This document shows, one piece after another, positions 9,050 to 18,671 of a DNA stretch of 64,000 bases; position 1 is the first letter of the stretch, and the number at the start of each line of letters is the position of its first letter. Source of the stretch: Candidatus Caldarchaeales archaeon (lineage in GTDB: Archaea > Thermoproteota > Nitrososphaeria_A > Caldarchaeales > Calditenuaceae); NCBI GenBank assembly GCA_039630085.1, contig JBCNVM010000003.1, positions 32,001-96,000 on the forward strand, given 5' to 3'. The notes under the pieces are model-generated. The model did not search any database. It worked only from the letters and a program-made list of their open reading frames with translations, and was not told the DNA's origin. The translations under genes and the position numbers were made by a program.

Positions 9050-10084
9050 CTACCGCGACCGGAGTTCCCGGATATCAACGTCCCCGCTGCCGCGGCCGGG
9101 CTGGGCCTGCCGCAACTGTTCCGCACCGGACCTGAGGGCCCTGAGACCCCTACCAATGCACCCGAACTTCGTGCTCATGTACGAGGAGAAGGCCGCGTTG
9201 CCCACCGAGGCCGCGAGCAGCAGCAGGCCCACTGCGTCTCCCGGGTCCCTGAGCAGGAGCACCGCCGGCACCGCGAAGGGGAAGGCCATGGACGCGATCG
9301 CGCCGGCGAAGTACATCGCCGCGTAGCCACGGTTTCCGGCCTTGCTGGACCTCCTGTCGATCCTTATGCCGAGGGCCAGCACGAGGGGCTTCAGCTTCGA
9401 GGGGAAGAAGGGAGCCTTGACCATCGCGGATATCCCGAGGAAGTAGTGGCTGAACTTCACCCCGACGAGCTCCCCGACGGCCCAGTGCATGAAGTCATGG
9501 GTGAAGAACCAGAGGAGGAACCAGGCCGCGAGCTTTCCGAGGGGATAGAGGGGCCAAGGCAGGTCAACGAACGCCAGGGCGAAGGCCAGGGCGATCATGA
9601 GGGCGCTGAGCGCGTTCCCTATGCCGAGCGGTATCCTGAAGGGGTCCCTGAAGGCCGGCCTGACGTCGACGCCGAAGAAGCTCCTGACAGCATCGATCCT
9701 GTAATCGAGGGCCCTCCTGAGGACCCGCTCCGCGACCGGCCTCAGAGGCATGCCCCTCACCTCGAACTCCTCGTGGACCCGGGTGGAGTTGCCCGCAGGC
9801 TCGAAGCGCTGCCTGTGCCAGAGCCTCCCGAAGGGGAACTCGTGGGTCTCGTGGACCGATCCGAGGTCGTCGAGCTGGACGATCCTGAAGGCCGCGGGGA
9901 AGTCCTGGTTGAGCAGCCTCACCGTCACCCTGTACTCGGCGCCCTCCCTGAGGGGCGTTGGGTCGCTGAGGAGCTTGATCCTGAACTGACTCGGCCAGAC
10001 CCTCTCGAGGTTGCGAGGGTCGTAGAAGAACCTCCTGACCTCCTCGACCGGTGCCGGAAGGACGTACTCGTACCTCAGGGTCAA
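9050..10084 (-). CDS. SRPBCC (START-like) domain protein with C-terminal membrane domain
   Basis: APVEEVRRFFYDPRNL N-terminus; hydrophobic C-terminal half containing FFTHDFMHW. Confidence 0.65.
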   Translation of the reverse strand: MTLRYEYVLPAPVEEVRRFFYDPRNLERVWPSQFRIKLLSDPTPLREGAEYRVTVRLLNQDFPAAFRIVQLDDLGSVHETHEFPFGRLWHRQRFEPAGNSTRVHEEFEVRGMPLRPVAERVLRRALDYRIDAVRSFFGVDVRPAFRDPFRIPLGIGNALSALMIALAFALAFVDLPWPLYPLGKLAAWFLLWFFTHDFMHWAVGELVGVKFSHYFLGISAMVKAPFFPSKLKPLVLALGIRIDRRSSKAGNRGYAAMYFAGAIASMAFPFAVPAVLLLRDPGDAVGLLLLAASVGNAAFSSYMSTKFGCIGRGLRALRSGAEQLRQAQPGRGSGDVDIRELRSR

Positions 10085-10251
10085 ACCCGATCCGTCTCCG
10101 CGCCCCCGAGAATAAGAGGCTCTCAGCTCGACGCCGTGCTGGATGGAGAGGTTACGGGTCGGACCGCGGGCGCGTCCCCGTCCGTACGCTGGCCCCGCGG
10201 AGCTGCTGGGCGGCCAACAGGTTTATGGGGCCGCGATCGGGGGAGGGCGGG

Positions 10252-10407
10252 ATGAGCGGCGCTCCAGGCGATCTCGAGCGGAGGCTCTCGCAGCTCGAGG
10301 CGGAGCTCAGGCAGCTGAGGGAAGCGGTGGAGAGGTTGGAGGACGAGGTCAGGGAGATCAGGTTGGAACTGGAGGACCTCTCCGCGAAACTCGAGGGAAG
10401 GGCTTGA
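10252..10407 (+). CDS. Small coiled-coil protein
   Basis: LERRLSQLEAELRQLREAVERLEDEV heptads; GGAGG-like SD upstream; overlaps the next start. Confidence 0.55.
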   Translation: MSGAPGDLERRLSQLEAELRQLREAVERLEDEVREIRLELEDLSAKLEGRA

Positions 10408-11312
10408 GCGCCGTCGGGACCGGAGACCCCCTCGCTGCAGCGGACGCGGAGTTCTTCTGCAGGGACGAGTACTTCGACCACGTCGTCTACAGGGAGCTCG
10501 CGAAGGTCGAGAGGAACGGCCCCAGGAGGGAGCTGTTAGAGCGGCTCTCGGAGATGGAGGAGAAGCACTACAGGTTTTGGAGCGGTTACGCGGGCCCTGC
10601 CAGGGTGAAGGGCCTAAGGCTCAGGCTCTTCCTGATACTGCTCCTCAGGAGGCTGATGGGGGTGGTCTTCGTCATCAAGCTGCTCGAGCGTCACGAGTCC
10701 GAGGTGGTCGCGAGGTACAGGAGGCTCCTCGAGGGGCTCGACGGCGAGGTCCGGGAGAAGGTCGAGGAGTTCCTCAGGGACGAGGAGGTCCACGAGAAGT
10801 CCCTCATGTCCCAGATCGACGAGCCGGTCCTAAGGTACATCGGGTTCGTCGCCCTCGGCCTCTCCGATTCGATCATAGAGATCACCGGCGTCCACGCGGG
10901 CTTCTTGGGCGTGACCGCCTCCACGCTCGTGGCCGGCGTCGCGGGCCTGATAGTGGGCTTCGCGGCCTCGATCTCGATGGGGGTCGCGGCCTACCTGAAG
11001 GCTAAGAGCGAGCTGAGACACAGGCCGATCAGCTCGGGGCTCGTGACGGGCCTCGCGTACATGCTGAGCACCGTCCTGCTGGCCTCACCGTACTTCCTGA
11101 CCCACGAGATGCTGGCGGCGTTCGCGGCCTCCGTAGCCATCGCCGTCCTCCTCGCGACCGTGTTCACGTACTACGTCGCGGTCGTCCAAGACTTGGGCTT
11201 CAGGCGTGAGGCGCTGGAGAACACCGCGCTCTTGATGGGCACCGCTGCGGCCACTTACCTCTTCGGGGAGGCCCTCGGGACGGCCTTCGGGATACGGGCC
11301 GCGATCACGTGA
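10404..11312 (+). CDS. Rubrerythrin-like/VIT1-CCC1 family iron transporter
   Basis: ExxH motifs (EEKH, EEVH) followed by GLSDSIIEITG and ASISMG transmembrane segments. Confidence 0.85.
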   Translation: MSAVGTGDPLAAADAEFFCRDEYFDHVVYRELAKVERNGPRRELLERLSEMEEKHYRFWSGYAGPARVKGLRLRLFLILLLRRLMGVVFVIKLLERHESEVVARYRRLLEGLDGEVREKVEEFLRDEEVHEKSLMSQIDEPVLRYIGFVALGLSDSIIEITGVHAGFLGVTASTLVAGVAGLIVGFAASISMGVAAYLKAKSELRHRPISSGLVTGLAYMLSTVLLASPYFLTHEMLAAFAASVAIAVLLATVFTYYVAVVQDLGFRREALENTALLMGTAAATYLFGEALGTAFGIRAAIT

Positions 11313-11315
11313 GGC

Positions 11316-12791
11316 TCAGGCGATCCCCAGCCTCTCGTTCGCCTCGCGGAGCTCCCTCAGCAGCTTGACCCTCCACCTCCCGAAGCCCTCGGGCCTCTCG
11401 GGGTAGTCGAGGTAGTGCGAGATCAGCCTCCTGCTCTTGTTAGCGACGTAGCTCAGGCCCCTCGCGAGCTTGGGCCTCTCCCTCACCCTCCTCCTCAGCT
11501 CTCCGTCCATGAGCACCCGCAGGAAGTTCGTCAGCAGGGGGAACCTCGGGTGCTCCCTCCTCTTGATGCTCTCGATGTCGTCCTGGGAGAGGAAGTGCTT
11601 CATACCGAAGGAGATGTCGTCGTTGGGCAGGGTCTGGAGGTACCTCCTGAGGACCTCGAAGCTCGCCATCTGGTAGCCGTACTCGCGGACGTAGTTGACG
11701 TTATAGCTCCAGAGCCCGGCCTCGCTGACGTCCTTCGACTCGACGGCCTCAGCAAGCGTCCTCCCGAGTATCACGGAAGCGTAGAGGGCCGGCCCGATCC
11801 CTCCCGCGTCGATCGGCCTCGGCATCCAGGCCGCGTCGCCGACCACGACGAAGCCGTTCCCGACCAAGCAGTCGTTCTGCCTCCTGACGGGGACCTGCCA
11901 GACGCTGTAAACGTTCCCCCTGTCCGCCTCGCCCTCCGGGGGACTGGGGTTCGAGATCGCCCTGTTGGCTTTGACGTACTGGTCGATCAGCGAGGCGAGG
12001 TTGTCCCTCAGGCCGTGGGCCGCGTTCCTCCTGTCCAGAGCGGCCTTCTGGACTCCGAGACCGATGTTGACCTTGTTCTCGCCCTTCGGGAAGGTCCAGC
12101 AGTATCCTCCGGGCGCGAGGAACTGGTCGAGGTGGATGATACAGTACCTCGGGTCGAACCAGGTGTGGTCCTCGACGGCCCTCTCGAACTCGAGGATGTA
12201 CCTCCCGGTCCCCTCCATGTCGTGCTCCTTGTCGATCTCCCTCTCCATCTTCGCCTCGATGGGGAGGTTGGTCCTCAGGACCGAGGCCGAGCCGGACGCG
12301 TCGACCACGACCTTCGCCCTGACATCGAGGATGCTTCCGTCCCGCGAGGTGCACCTGACTCCCCTGACGAAACCGTCCTCCGCGATCAGCGACCTCGCGT
12401 CCACGCCGAACATCACTTCTACCCCGAACCTCTCCAGGTGCCGGAGCATCTTCTGGGGCCAGAGCCTCCTGTTGAGAAGATACCCCTCGCCGTCGAAGAG
12501 GACCTCCGTCTCGTGGTCGGGGGAGATGACCAGAACGCCGTCCACCTGGTGCTCCACCTCCGGCCACTCGTACCTGATGCCGAGGGAGTTCATCACGTGC
12601 TCGAGGCTCCTTTTGCTCACCGCGTCCCCGCAGGCCCACCCGCTCTTCGTCTTCTTCCCGAACTCCTCCCGGACGTTCCTGTCGATCAGGAGCACCCTCG
12701 CGTTCCCCTTCGAGAACTTCGCGACCGCCATCGCGGTGTGGGCTCCCGCTGGCCCGCCGCCGATGACCGCGACGTCGTATTCCAGCTTCAT
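11316..12791 (-). CDS. Geranylgeranyl reductase family FAD enzyme (DGGR-like)
   Basis: GGGPAG, ACGDAVS, APGGYCWTFPK and VGDAA..PRPIDAGGI motifs. Confidence 0.85.
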   Translation of the reverse strand: MKLEYDVAVIGGGPAGAHTAMAVAKFSKGNARVLLIDRNVREEFGKKTKSGWACGDAVSKRSLEHVMNSLGIRYEWPEVEHQVDGVLVISPDHETEVLFDGEGYLLNRRLWPQKMLRHLERFGVEVMFGVDARSLIAEDGFVRGVRCTSRDGSILDVRAKVVVDASGSASVLRTNLPIEAKMEREIDKEHDMEGTGRYILEFERAVEDHTWFDPRYCIIHLDQFLAPGGYCWTFPKGENKVNIGLGVQKAALDRRNAAHGLRDNLASLIDQYVKANRAISNPSPPEGEADRGNVYSVWQVPVRRQNDCLVGNGFVVVGDAAWMPRPIDAGGIGPALYASVILGRTLAEAVESKDVSEAGLWSYNVNYVREYGYQMASFEVLRRYLQTLPNDDISFGMKHFLSQDDIESIKRREHPRFPLLTNFLRVLMDGELRRRVRERPKLARGLSYVANKSRRLISHYLDYPERPEGFGRWRVKLLRELREANERLGIA

Positions 12792-12904
12792 CACAGGGCC
12801 GGCTCGGGAGATGTTATAAAACGTGATCGCGGCGACCGGGAGAGGCCGCGACCCGCGGGCATCGGATACGACCTTATAGCCCGAGCGGGCCTTCGGAGCC
12901 CGAG

Positions 12905-14176
12905 TTGGACAGGTACGACGTCGTGGTAGTGGGCGCTGGCGCCTTCGGACTCGGGTCGGCTTACCACTTGGCGAGGAGGGGCGCGGGCAGGATAGCGCTC
13001 GTGGACTCTCTCCCGGGACCCGGACAGGGGAACACCGGCAGGAGCGTCGGGGGGTTCAGGAAGGGCCTCTTCACGTCGGAGCTGAACAGGATGCTCTCGG
13101 AGTCGACGGTCGCGTTCCTCAGCGACCTCCAGAGGTCCGGAGTCGACCTGGGAATGCACAACGTTGGGTACCTCGTCCTCCTGAACGGGCCCCAGCTCGA
13201 GGCGAACGAGCGCGCCATCGGGGAGCTGGTGAGGAGGGGGAACGCGAGGCTCATCCGAGCGGAGGAGCTGAGGGAGCTCGTGCCCTGGATGAGGCTCGAG
13301 TTCGATGGCGACGAGGAGGCCGCGATCCTGGGTCTGAGGGACGTCGAGGCCGCGCTCTTCTCCGGCCAGTCGGGTTACCTAGATGTCGAGAAGCTCGTCA
13401 ACTACCTCCACGGTGAGGCCCTAGACGCGGGAGTGGAGCCGAGGTTCAGCGAGCGGGTTAGGAGGCTGAGGCTAGGGCCGGTCGTCTCGATAGGCCACCC
13501 GAGGGAGCCCTTGGCTTGGCAGGAGAAGAGGGTCGAGGCCCTCGAGACCGACAGGGGAGAGATAAGGGCGGACGTCGTTGTCCTGGCGACCGGCGCATGG
13601 ATCAACGAGCTCCTGGACCCGATAGGGATAGACTCGCACGTTAAGCCGAAGAAGCGCCAGGTCTTCTCGATCGAGGCCAAGGGCGATCTTAGGAGGTTCT
13701 TCGAGGTCGAGGGCTTCAACGAGTACTCCTCGCTCCCGATGACGTTCTTCCCGAGGGGTCCCTACGTCGTCCCGAGGGTGAGGGAGAGGGTCCTCTGGAC
13801 CGGGATGAGCGACGACGTCGGCAGGCCCTGGGGGATAGACTTCTCGCCCGAGGAGACCTTCTACCTCGACAACATCTACCCGACGCTGAGCAAGGTCTTC
13901 CCGGTCCTGAAGGACGTGAGGCCGACCAGCATGTGGGCCGGCTGCTACTCGATCAACGCGATCGACGAGAACCCTATCGCCTTCAGGTGGAGCAACCTGA
14001 TCGTGGTCACCGGAGGCAGCGGAAGCGGGGTGATGAAGTACGACGCCATGAGCAGGGTGGTCGCCTCGCTCGCGTTCGGTGAGGAGGAGGCGGTGCTCTA
14101 CACCGGTGAGCGTCTGCCGGTCTCTTGGCTGGGGATAAGGAACAGGAGGGCGGAACCGGAGTCGTTCGTCTTCTAG
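12905..14176 (+). CDS. FAD-dependent oxidoreductase (DAO/sarcosine oxidase beta family)
   Basis: VVVGAGAFG, GNTGRSVG, VVLATGAW, WAGCY and GGSGSG motifs. Confidence 0.85.
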   Translation: MDRYDVVVVGAGAFGLGSAYHLARRGAGRIALVDSLPGPGQGNTGRSVGGFRKGLFTSELNRMLSESTVAFLSDLQRSGVDLGMHNVGYLVLLNGPQLEANERAIGELVRRGNARLIRAEELRELVPWMRLEFDGDEEAAILGLRDVEAALFSGQSGYLDVEKLVNYLHGEALDAGVEPRFSERVRRLRLGPVVSIGHPREPLAWQEKRVEALETDRGEIRADVVVLATGAWINELLDPIGIDSHVKPKKRQVFSIEAKGDLRRFFEVEGFNEYSSLPMTFFPRGPYVVPRVRERVLWTGMSDDVGRPWGIDFSPEETFYLDNIYPTLSKVFPVLKDVRPTSMWAGCYSINAIDENPIAFRWSNLIVVTGGSGSGVMKYDAMSRVVASLAFGEEEAVLYTGERLPVSWLGIRNRRAEPESFVF

Positions 14177-14209
14177 CGAAGTGAATTCAATAGAACACGG
14201 AGCGGAGTT

Positions 14210-15613
14210 TCAGACGCCCTTTAGGTAGGGGAGGCCTTTGACCCAGGGGAGTTCTCGCTCGAGCTTCCTCAGGGACTCCGCGATCTGCTCCTCCGGGTAA
14301 TCGTAGGCCTGAAGCCTCCCCTCGAGGTGCTTGCCGTAGGCCTGGAGGTCGAAGTAGCCGTGCCCCGAGAGGTTGAAGAGGATGACCTCCTCCTCTCCGG
14401 TCCTCTTGCACCTTAGGGCCTCCTCAATCGCGAACTTGATCGCGTGCGAGGACTCGGGGGCGGGGACGATGCCCTCGGTCCTGGCGAAGAGCGTCGCGGC
14501 CTCGAAGACCTCGGTCTGCGTGTAGGCGCGGGCCTCGACCAGGCCCTTCTTCAGCAGGAGACAGAGGGTGGGCGCGTCCCCGTGATACCTGAGGCCGCCG
14601 GCGTGGATGGGAGGCGGCACGAAGTCGGACCCGAGCGTGTACATCGGGAGAAGCGGCGTGAGCTTCGCGGTGTCGCCGTAATCGTAGGTGTAGACGCCCT
14701 TGGTGAGCGTAGGGCAAGCGGTCGGCTCGGTCGCGACGAACCTCGTCCGCTTCGGGGCCTTCTTGGTTACGTGAACGTCGTAGTAGAAGGGCCAGAAGAT
14801 CCCTGAAAACGAGCTACCTCCTCCAACGCATCCGGCGATCACGTCGGGGTACTCGTCGAGCTTCGCGAGCTGTTCCTTCGCCTCGAGGCCGATGACCGTC
14901 TGGTGGATCAGGACGTGGTTCAGGACGGACCCGAGGGAGTACTTCGTCCCGTCGTGCTTCACCGCGTCCTCGAGGGCCTCGCTGATCGCGATCCCCAGGC
15001 TCCCGGGGTGCTCGGGGTCGGACTTCAGGAGGCTGCGGCCGTACTCGGTCCTGTCGCTGGGGCTCGGGTGGATCTCGGCCCCCCAGACCCTCATCAGGAG
15101 CGACCTGTAGGGCTTCTGCCTGTAGGAGGCCCTAACCATGTAGACCGTGCACCTCAGCCCGAAGAGCATCGTCGCGAAGGCGAGCGCCGAACCCCACTGG
15201 CCCGCGCCGGTCTCGGTCGTGAGCCGTTGGACGCCCTCCTTCGCGTTGTAGTAGGCCTGCGCGACCGCGGTGTTGGGCTTGTGGGACCCCGGGGGGCTGA
15301 CGCCTTCGTACTTGAAGTAGATCCTCGCAGGCGTCTTCAGGTGCCTCTCGAGCCGCTCGGCCCTGTAGAGGGGCGTCGGCCTCCAGATCCTGTAGACCTC
15401 CCTCACCTCCTCGGGGATCGGGATCCACCTCTCGCGGCTGACCTCCTGCTCCACCAGCTTCCTGGGGAAGATCCGCTCGAGGGCCTTCGGGTCGACCGGC
15501 CCCCTCGTCGTCGGGTCGATCGGCGGCGGCAGCGGCGACGGAAGGTCTGGGACCAGGTTGTACCACGACTTCGGGAGCTCGTCCTCGTTCAGTAGGACCT
15601 TCCTCTCGGCCAT
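14210..15613 (-). CDS. trpB2: Tryptophan synthase beta, TrpB2 type
   Basis: [30 protein letters not shown] and FNLSGHG motifs. Confidence 0.95.
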   Translation of the reverse strand: MAERKVLLNEDELPKSWYNLVPDLPSPLPPPIDPTTRGPVDPKALERIFPRKLVEQEVSRERWIPIPEEVREVYRIWRPTPLYRAERLERHLKTPARIYFKYEGVSPPGSHKPNTAVAQAYYNAKEGVQRLTTETGAGQWGSALAFATMLFGLRCTVYMVRASYRQKPYRSLLMRVWGAEIHPSPSDRTEYGRSLLKSDPEHPGSLGIAISEALEDAVKHDGTKYSLGSVLNHVLIHQTVIGLEAKEQLAKLDEYPDVIAGCVGGGSSFSGIFWPFYYDVHVTKKAPKRTRFVATEPTACPTLTKGVYTYDYGDTAKLTPLLPMYTLGSDFVPPPIHAGGLRYHGDAPTLCLLLKKGLVEARAYTQTEVFEAATLFARTEGIVPAPESSHAIKFAIEEALRCKRTGEEEVILFNLSGHGYFDLQAYGKHLEGRLQAYDYPEEQIAESLRKLERELPWVKGLPYLKGV

Positions 15614-15701
15614 GTGCGTCCGTCGGCCCGAAGCCTCCTATTCAAATCTGTCACGCTCCGGGGACAATCTTAAATGCTCAGGTGAGGAATCGGAGCCCGG
15701 G

Positions 15702-15773
15702 GCCCGGGTGGCCGAGCGGCGAGGCGGCGGCCTGCAGAGCCGCTTCACGCGGGTTCGAATCCCGCCCCGGGCT
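15702..15773 (+). tRNA. tRNA-Cys(GCA)
   Basis: GCCCGGG/CCCGGGC acceptor stem, GCGGC-CTGCAGA-GCCGC anticodon arm, U73 discriminator. Confidence 0.93.
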
Positions 15774-15853
15774 AGGCGGATCCGGACCCTCCGACCGAAC
15801 GCCCTCCGCGAATCGCCAACCGTCCCGGGGCTCTCGCGCGGCCCCAGTCCGGC

Positions 15854-16423
15854 TCAGAGGGCCATCAGCATGACCTCGGTCGCCTTCACCACGACCGCGA
15901 CCCTGCTCCCCTTCCTCAGGCCGAGCCTCTCGACCGACTGGGTCGTGACGACCGCCCTCACCTGCTGCGCGGGCTCCAGCTCGACCTCGACCATCGAGAC
16001 GACGTCGCCCCTCGTCACGGAGACGACCCTGCCCGCGAGCCTGTTCCTCGCGCTGAAGACCTCCTCGATCAGGGAGGCGACGAACCCGGGCCTGACGACC
16101 GACATCGCGCCGTAGTAGGCGACCAGGAGCTCGCTGCCCCTCTCGGTTAGTTGGGCTCCGCCTCCACCCCTTCCGCCCCTCGACCTGACGACCAGCCTGA
16201 GGCCGGTGGCCGCCTCCCCGGACCTGATCCAGCCCAGCCCCGTCTTCAGGGTGACTCCCAACGCCTCGCAGGCCCTCGAGACCGACCCGAACCTCCTGAT
16301 CCCGTCGAGCAGCTCGAAGAGGTCCCTCCTCAGCCTCACGGGTCTGCCCGGGAGCTCGACCTCGACCCACCTGCCCTCGACCCTCGCGACCGTCATGTAC
16401 CGTTGGGTAATTTTCCGCCCCAT
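15854..16423 (-). CDS. modE: ModE-like regulator (HTH plus TOBE domain)
   Basis: FGSVSRAC...RGGRGGGGAQLT, SARNRLAG and VKATEV motifs; divergent from the Mo/W transporter. Start is 16423 or 16396. Confidence 0.85.
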   Translation of the reverse strand: MGRKITQRYMTVARVEGRWVEVELPGRPVRLRRDLFELLDGIRRFGSVSRACEALGVTLKTGLGWIRSGEAATGLRLVVRSRGGRGGGGAQLTERGSELLVAYYGAMSVVRPGFVASLIEEVFSARNRLAGRVVSVTRGDVVSMVEVELEPAQQVRAVVTTQSVERLGLRKGSRVAVVVKATEVMLMAL

Positions 16424-16440
16424 CCTTAAATCTCTACCCC

Positions 16441-16465
16441 CGTAATACCGCCTGGCGTTGTTACG
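16441..16465. promoter_or_regulatory. Imperfect inverted repeat, candidate ModE operator
   Basis: CGTAATACCGCCTGGCGTTGTTACG lies between modE and the modA-like ATG at 16467. Confidence 0.55.
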
Positions 16466-16466
16466 G

Positions 16467-17324
16467 ATGAGGCTGATCTTCGCGGTGGCGGTCGGGCTCG
16501 CGGTCGCGGCGGCGCTGGCCGCATTCGCGTCCCACAACGCGGACCGGGGGAGGGTCGTCGTCTTCGCGGCGCCGACGCTCTACGAGCTGGCCTCGGAGGC
16601 GGCGAGGATCTCGGGCGGGAGGGTCGACGTGGTCTCAATCGGGAGCGTGGCCGCGGTCAGGCAGGTCCAGCTCGGAAGGGTCCCGGACGCGCTGGTCAGC
16701 GTCGACGCGGAGCTGGTCCAGTTCCTCCCCTACTTCAGGAGGGTCGAGGCGCTGGGCGGGTTCAGGCTGGTCCTCCTCTGCAGGGACCGGATCGACCTGA
16801 CGGACCTCAAACGCGTGAGGATCGGCCTGGCCGACCCCAACACGGCCCCGATCGGGTACAGGGCGGTCGCGGCGCTCTACTGGCTCGCGTTGACGAGGAA
16901 CTCGGTCGACGTCGCGGAGCTCGAGAGGGCCCTCTCGGTCAGGTTCGTGCGCTCTGCCGACGGGAGGGAGGTCGTGATGCGGCTGGATTCCTTCAGGCCC
17001 GCCGGCAACTTCCTAGCTAGGGACGACCTCGCAGGGGCCTTCCTGCTACTCGAGAACGGCGCGGTCGACTGCGTCTTCGCCCACTCGCCCTTCGTCGTCT
17101 CGAGGAGGCTCGAGGGGAGGTACGCGGTGGTAGAGATGCCGGAGGAGCTGACGTTCCTGAGGGACCCGCCGGTGAGGTTCGTCGCGGTGACCGAGCTCGG
17201 CGCGGTCGAGGTGAGGAGGTTCGAGGCGGTCGCGGTCTCCCTCACCGAGGCCGGCGACTCGTACCTGAGGGTTCTGGCCTCCCTCGACGCGGAGAGGTTC
17301 GGGCTGGTGGCCCGGGATGGATAG
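16467..17324 (+). CDS. Molybdate/tungstate ABC substrate-binding protein (ModA/WtpA-like)
   Basis: N-terminal TM; IGSVAAVR, DALVSVD and ADPNTAPIGYR motifs. Confidence 0.8.
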   Translation: MRLIFAVAVGLAVAAALAAFASHNADRGRVVVFAAPTLYELASEAARISGGRVDVVSIGSVAAVRQVQLGRVPDALVSVDAELVQFLPYFRRVEALGGFRLVLLCRDRIDLTDLKRVRIGLADPNTAPIGYRAVAALYWLALTRNSVDVAELERALSVRFVRSADGREVVMRLDSFRPAGNFLARDDLAGAFLLLENGAVDCVFAHSPFVVSRRLEGRYAVVEMPEELTFLRDPPVRFVAVTELGAVEVRRFEAVAVSLTEAGDSYLRVLASLDAERFGLVARDG

Positions 17325-18015
17325 GATCCAGGCCCTCTGCTTGGGCGTCTCGCTGGCCTATTTCTCCCTCCTCACGGTCCCCGCGCTGCTGACCTACAGG
17401 CCCGAGTTCGAGCCCGCCTTCTTCGAGGCGCTGGTCAACACGGCCCTCCTCGCGACCGTCGCGACCTCGGTCTCCGTCCTCCTCGGCGTGGTCCTGGCCT
17501 ACGGAACGCTCCCAGCTCCCTGGAGGCTCCTCGCGCCGGTCGTGACCTTCACGGTCTCGGTCCCCCACACCGCGATCGGGGTGCTCCTCGCACCCGCGGT
17601 CTTCGGAGCTGGGCTCGCGGACACGGCCCCCGCGATAGCGCTGGCGATGGTGGTGGTCTCGACGCCAATGAGCTTCTCGGTGCTGAGGGGAGCCTTCGCC
17701 TCGCTGGGCAGCGGTTACGTCGAGTTCCTCAGGGCGATGGGGCTGAGGGGTCTCGGCGCCGCCGCTATGATGCTCAGGTCCACTAGGACAGCGCTCGTCT
17801 CCGCCTCCGTCCTCGCGTGGTTCAGGTCCTTCTCCGAGCTCGGGGCGCTGCTGATCCTCGCCCACAGGCCGCTCACGGTCGGCGTCTACGTCTACGAGGA
17901 GTTCCTGAGGAGGGGAGCGGGGCCGGTGATCGGGGCCTCGCTGGCCCTCGCGCTGGTGGCCCTCGCGGTCGCCTTCCTCCTCGAGAGGTGGTCCGGAGAC
18001 GCTGGAGGTCGTTGA
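17317..18015 (+). CDS. Molybdate/tungstate ABC permease
   Basis: VPHTAIG and WFRSFSELGA motifs; multiple TMs. Confidence 0.85.
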   Translation: MDRIQALCLGVSLAYFSLLTVPALLTYRPEFEPAFFEALVNTALLATVATSVSVLLGVVLAYGTLPAPWRLLAPVVTFTVSVPHTAIGVLLAPAVFGAGLADTAPAIALAMVVVSTPMSFSVLRGAFASLGSGYVEFLRAMGLRGLGAAAMMLRSTRTALVSASVLAWFRSFSELGALLILAHRPLTVGVYVYEEFLRRGAGPVIGASLALALVALAVAFLLERWSGDAGGR

Positions 18016-18667
18016 CTACCTAGTGAAGGCCTACGGCCACTCCGTCTCGGTCGAGGAGCTGAGGGTGAGCGGGACGACCGCGCTGCTGGGGAGGAACGGA
18101 GCGGGGAAGACGATCCTCGCGAGGTCCCTGATGGGCTTCCTCAGGCCCCTAAAGGGCAGGGTCTACGTCGAAGGCGAGGACGTGACGGACCTTCCTCCCG
18201 AGGAGAGGCCGATCGGCTACCTCCCACAGACGCAGGTCGCGCTCCCCCTGAGGCCCGAGTCCCAGCTCGCGCTCTTCGCGAGGCTCCACGGCTCGGACTG
18301 GAGGCAGATCGTCAAGGGGCTGGGGCTTCAAGGACTGCTCCGGAAGGGCGGACTCTCGGGAGGGGAGAGGCAGCTACTGAACCTCGCGACGGTCCTCCTG
18401 AAGAGGCCTAAGGCCCTGATCCTCGACGAGCCCACCTCGCACCTCGACTTCGTCAACAGGGCGATGGTCCTCGAGGCCCTAAGGTCGATCGACGTCCCCA
18501 AGCTATTTATCACCCACGACCCTATAGAGGCCGCCTACATCGCCGACGAAGTGGTCTTCCTGAGGGACGGTAGGCTGACCGGTCCCGTGAGGAACGACAT
18601 GAGGGGGTGGGCGGAGGAGGTTCTGAGGGAAGCCGGAGAGGTCCTGAGGGGCCGCCCGGGTCCCTGA
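17999..18667 (+). CDS. Molybdate/tungstate ABC ATPase
   Basis: GRNGAGKT, LSGGERQ, LDEP and ITHD motifs. The natural N-terminus (x)LEVVDYLVK begins at ACG 17999; the alternative start is GTG 18023. Confidence 0.85.
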   Translation, partial: TLEVVDYLVKAYGHSVSVEELRVSGTTALLGRNGAGKTILARSLMGFLRPLKGRVYVEGEDVTDLPPEERPIGYLPQTQVALPLRPESQLALFARLHGSDWRQIVKGLGLQGLLRKGGLSGGERQLLNLATVLLKRPKALILDEPTSHLDFVNRAMVLEALRSIDVPKLFITHDPIEAAYIADEVVFLRDGRLTGPVRNDMRGWAEEVLREAGEVLRGRPGP

Positions 18668-18671
18668 GCGC

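Noticed and set aside
11415-12929. 504-aa plus-strand ORF and many R/G/P-rich alternative-frame ORFs throughout the window
   Set aside because: Off-frame or antisense products of GC-rich codon bias that overlap well-supported genes.
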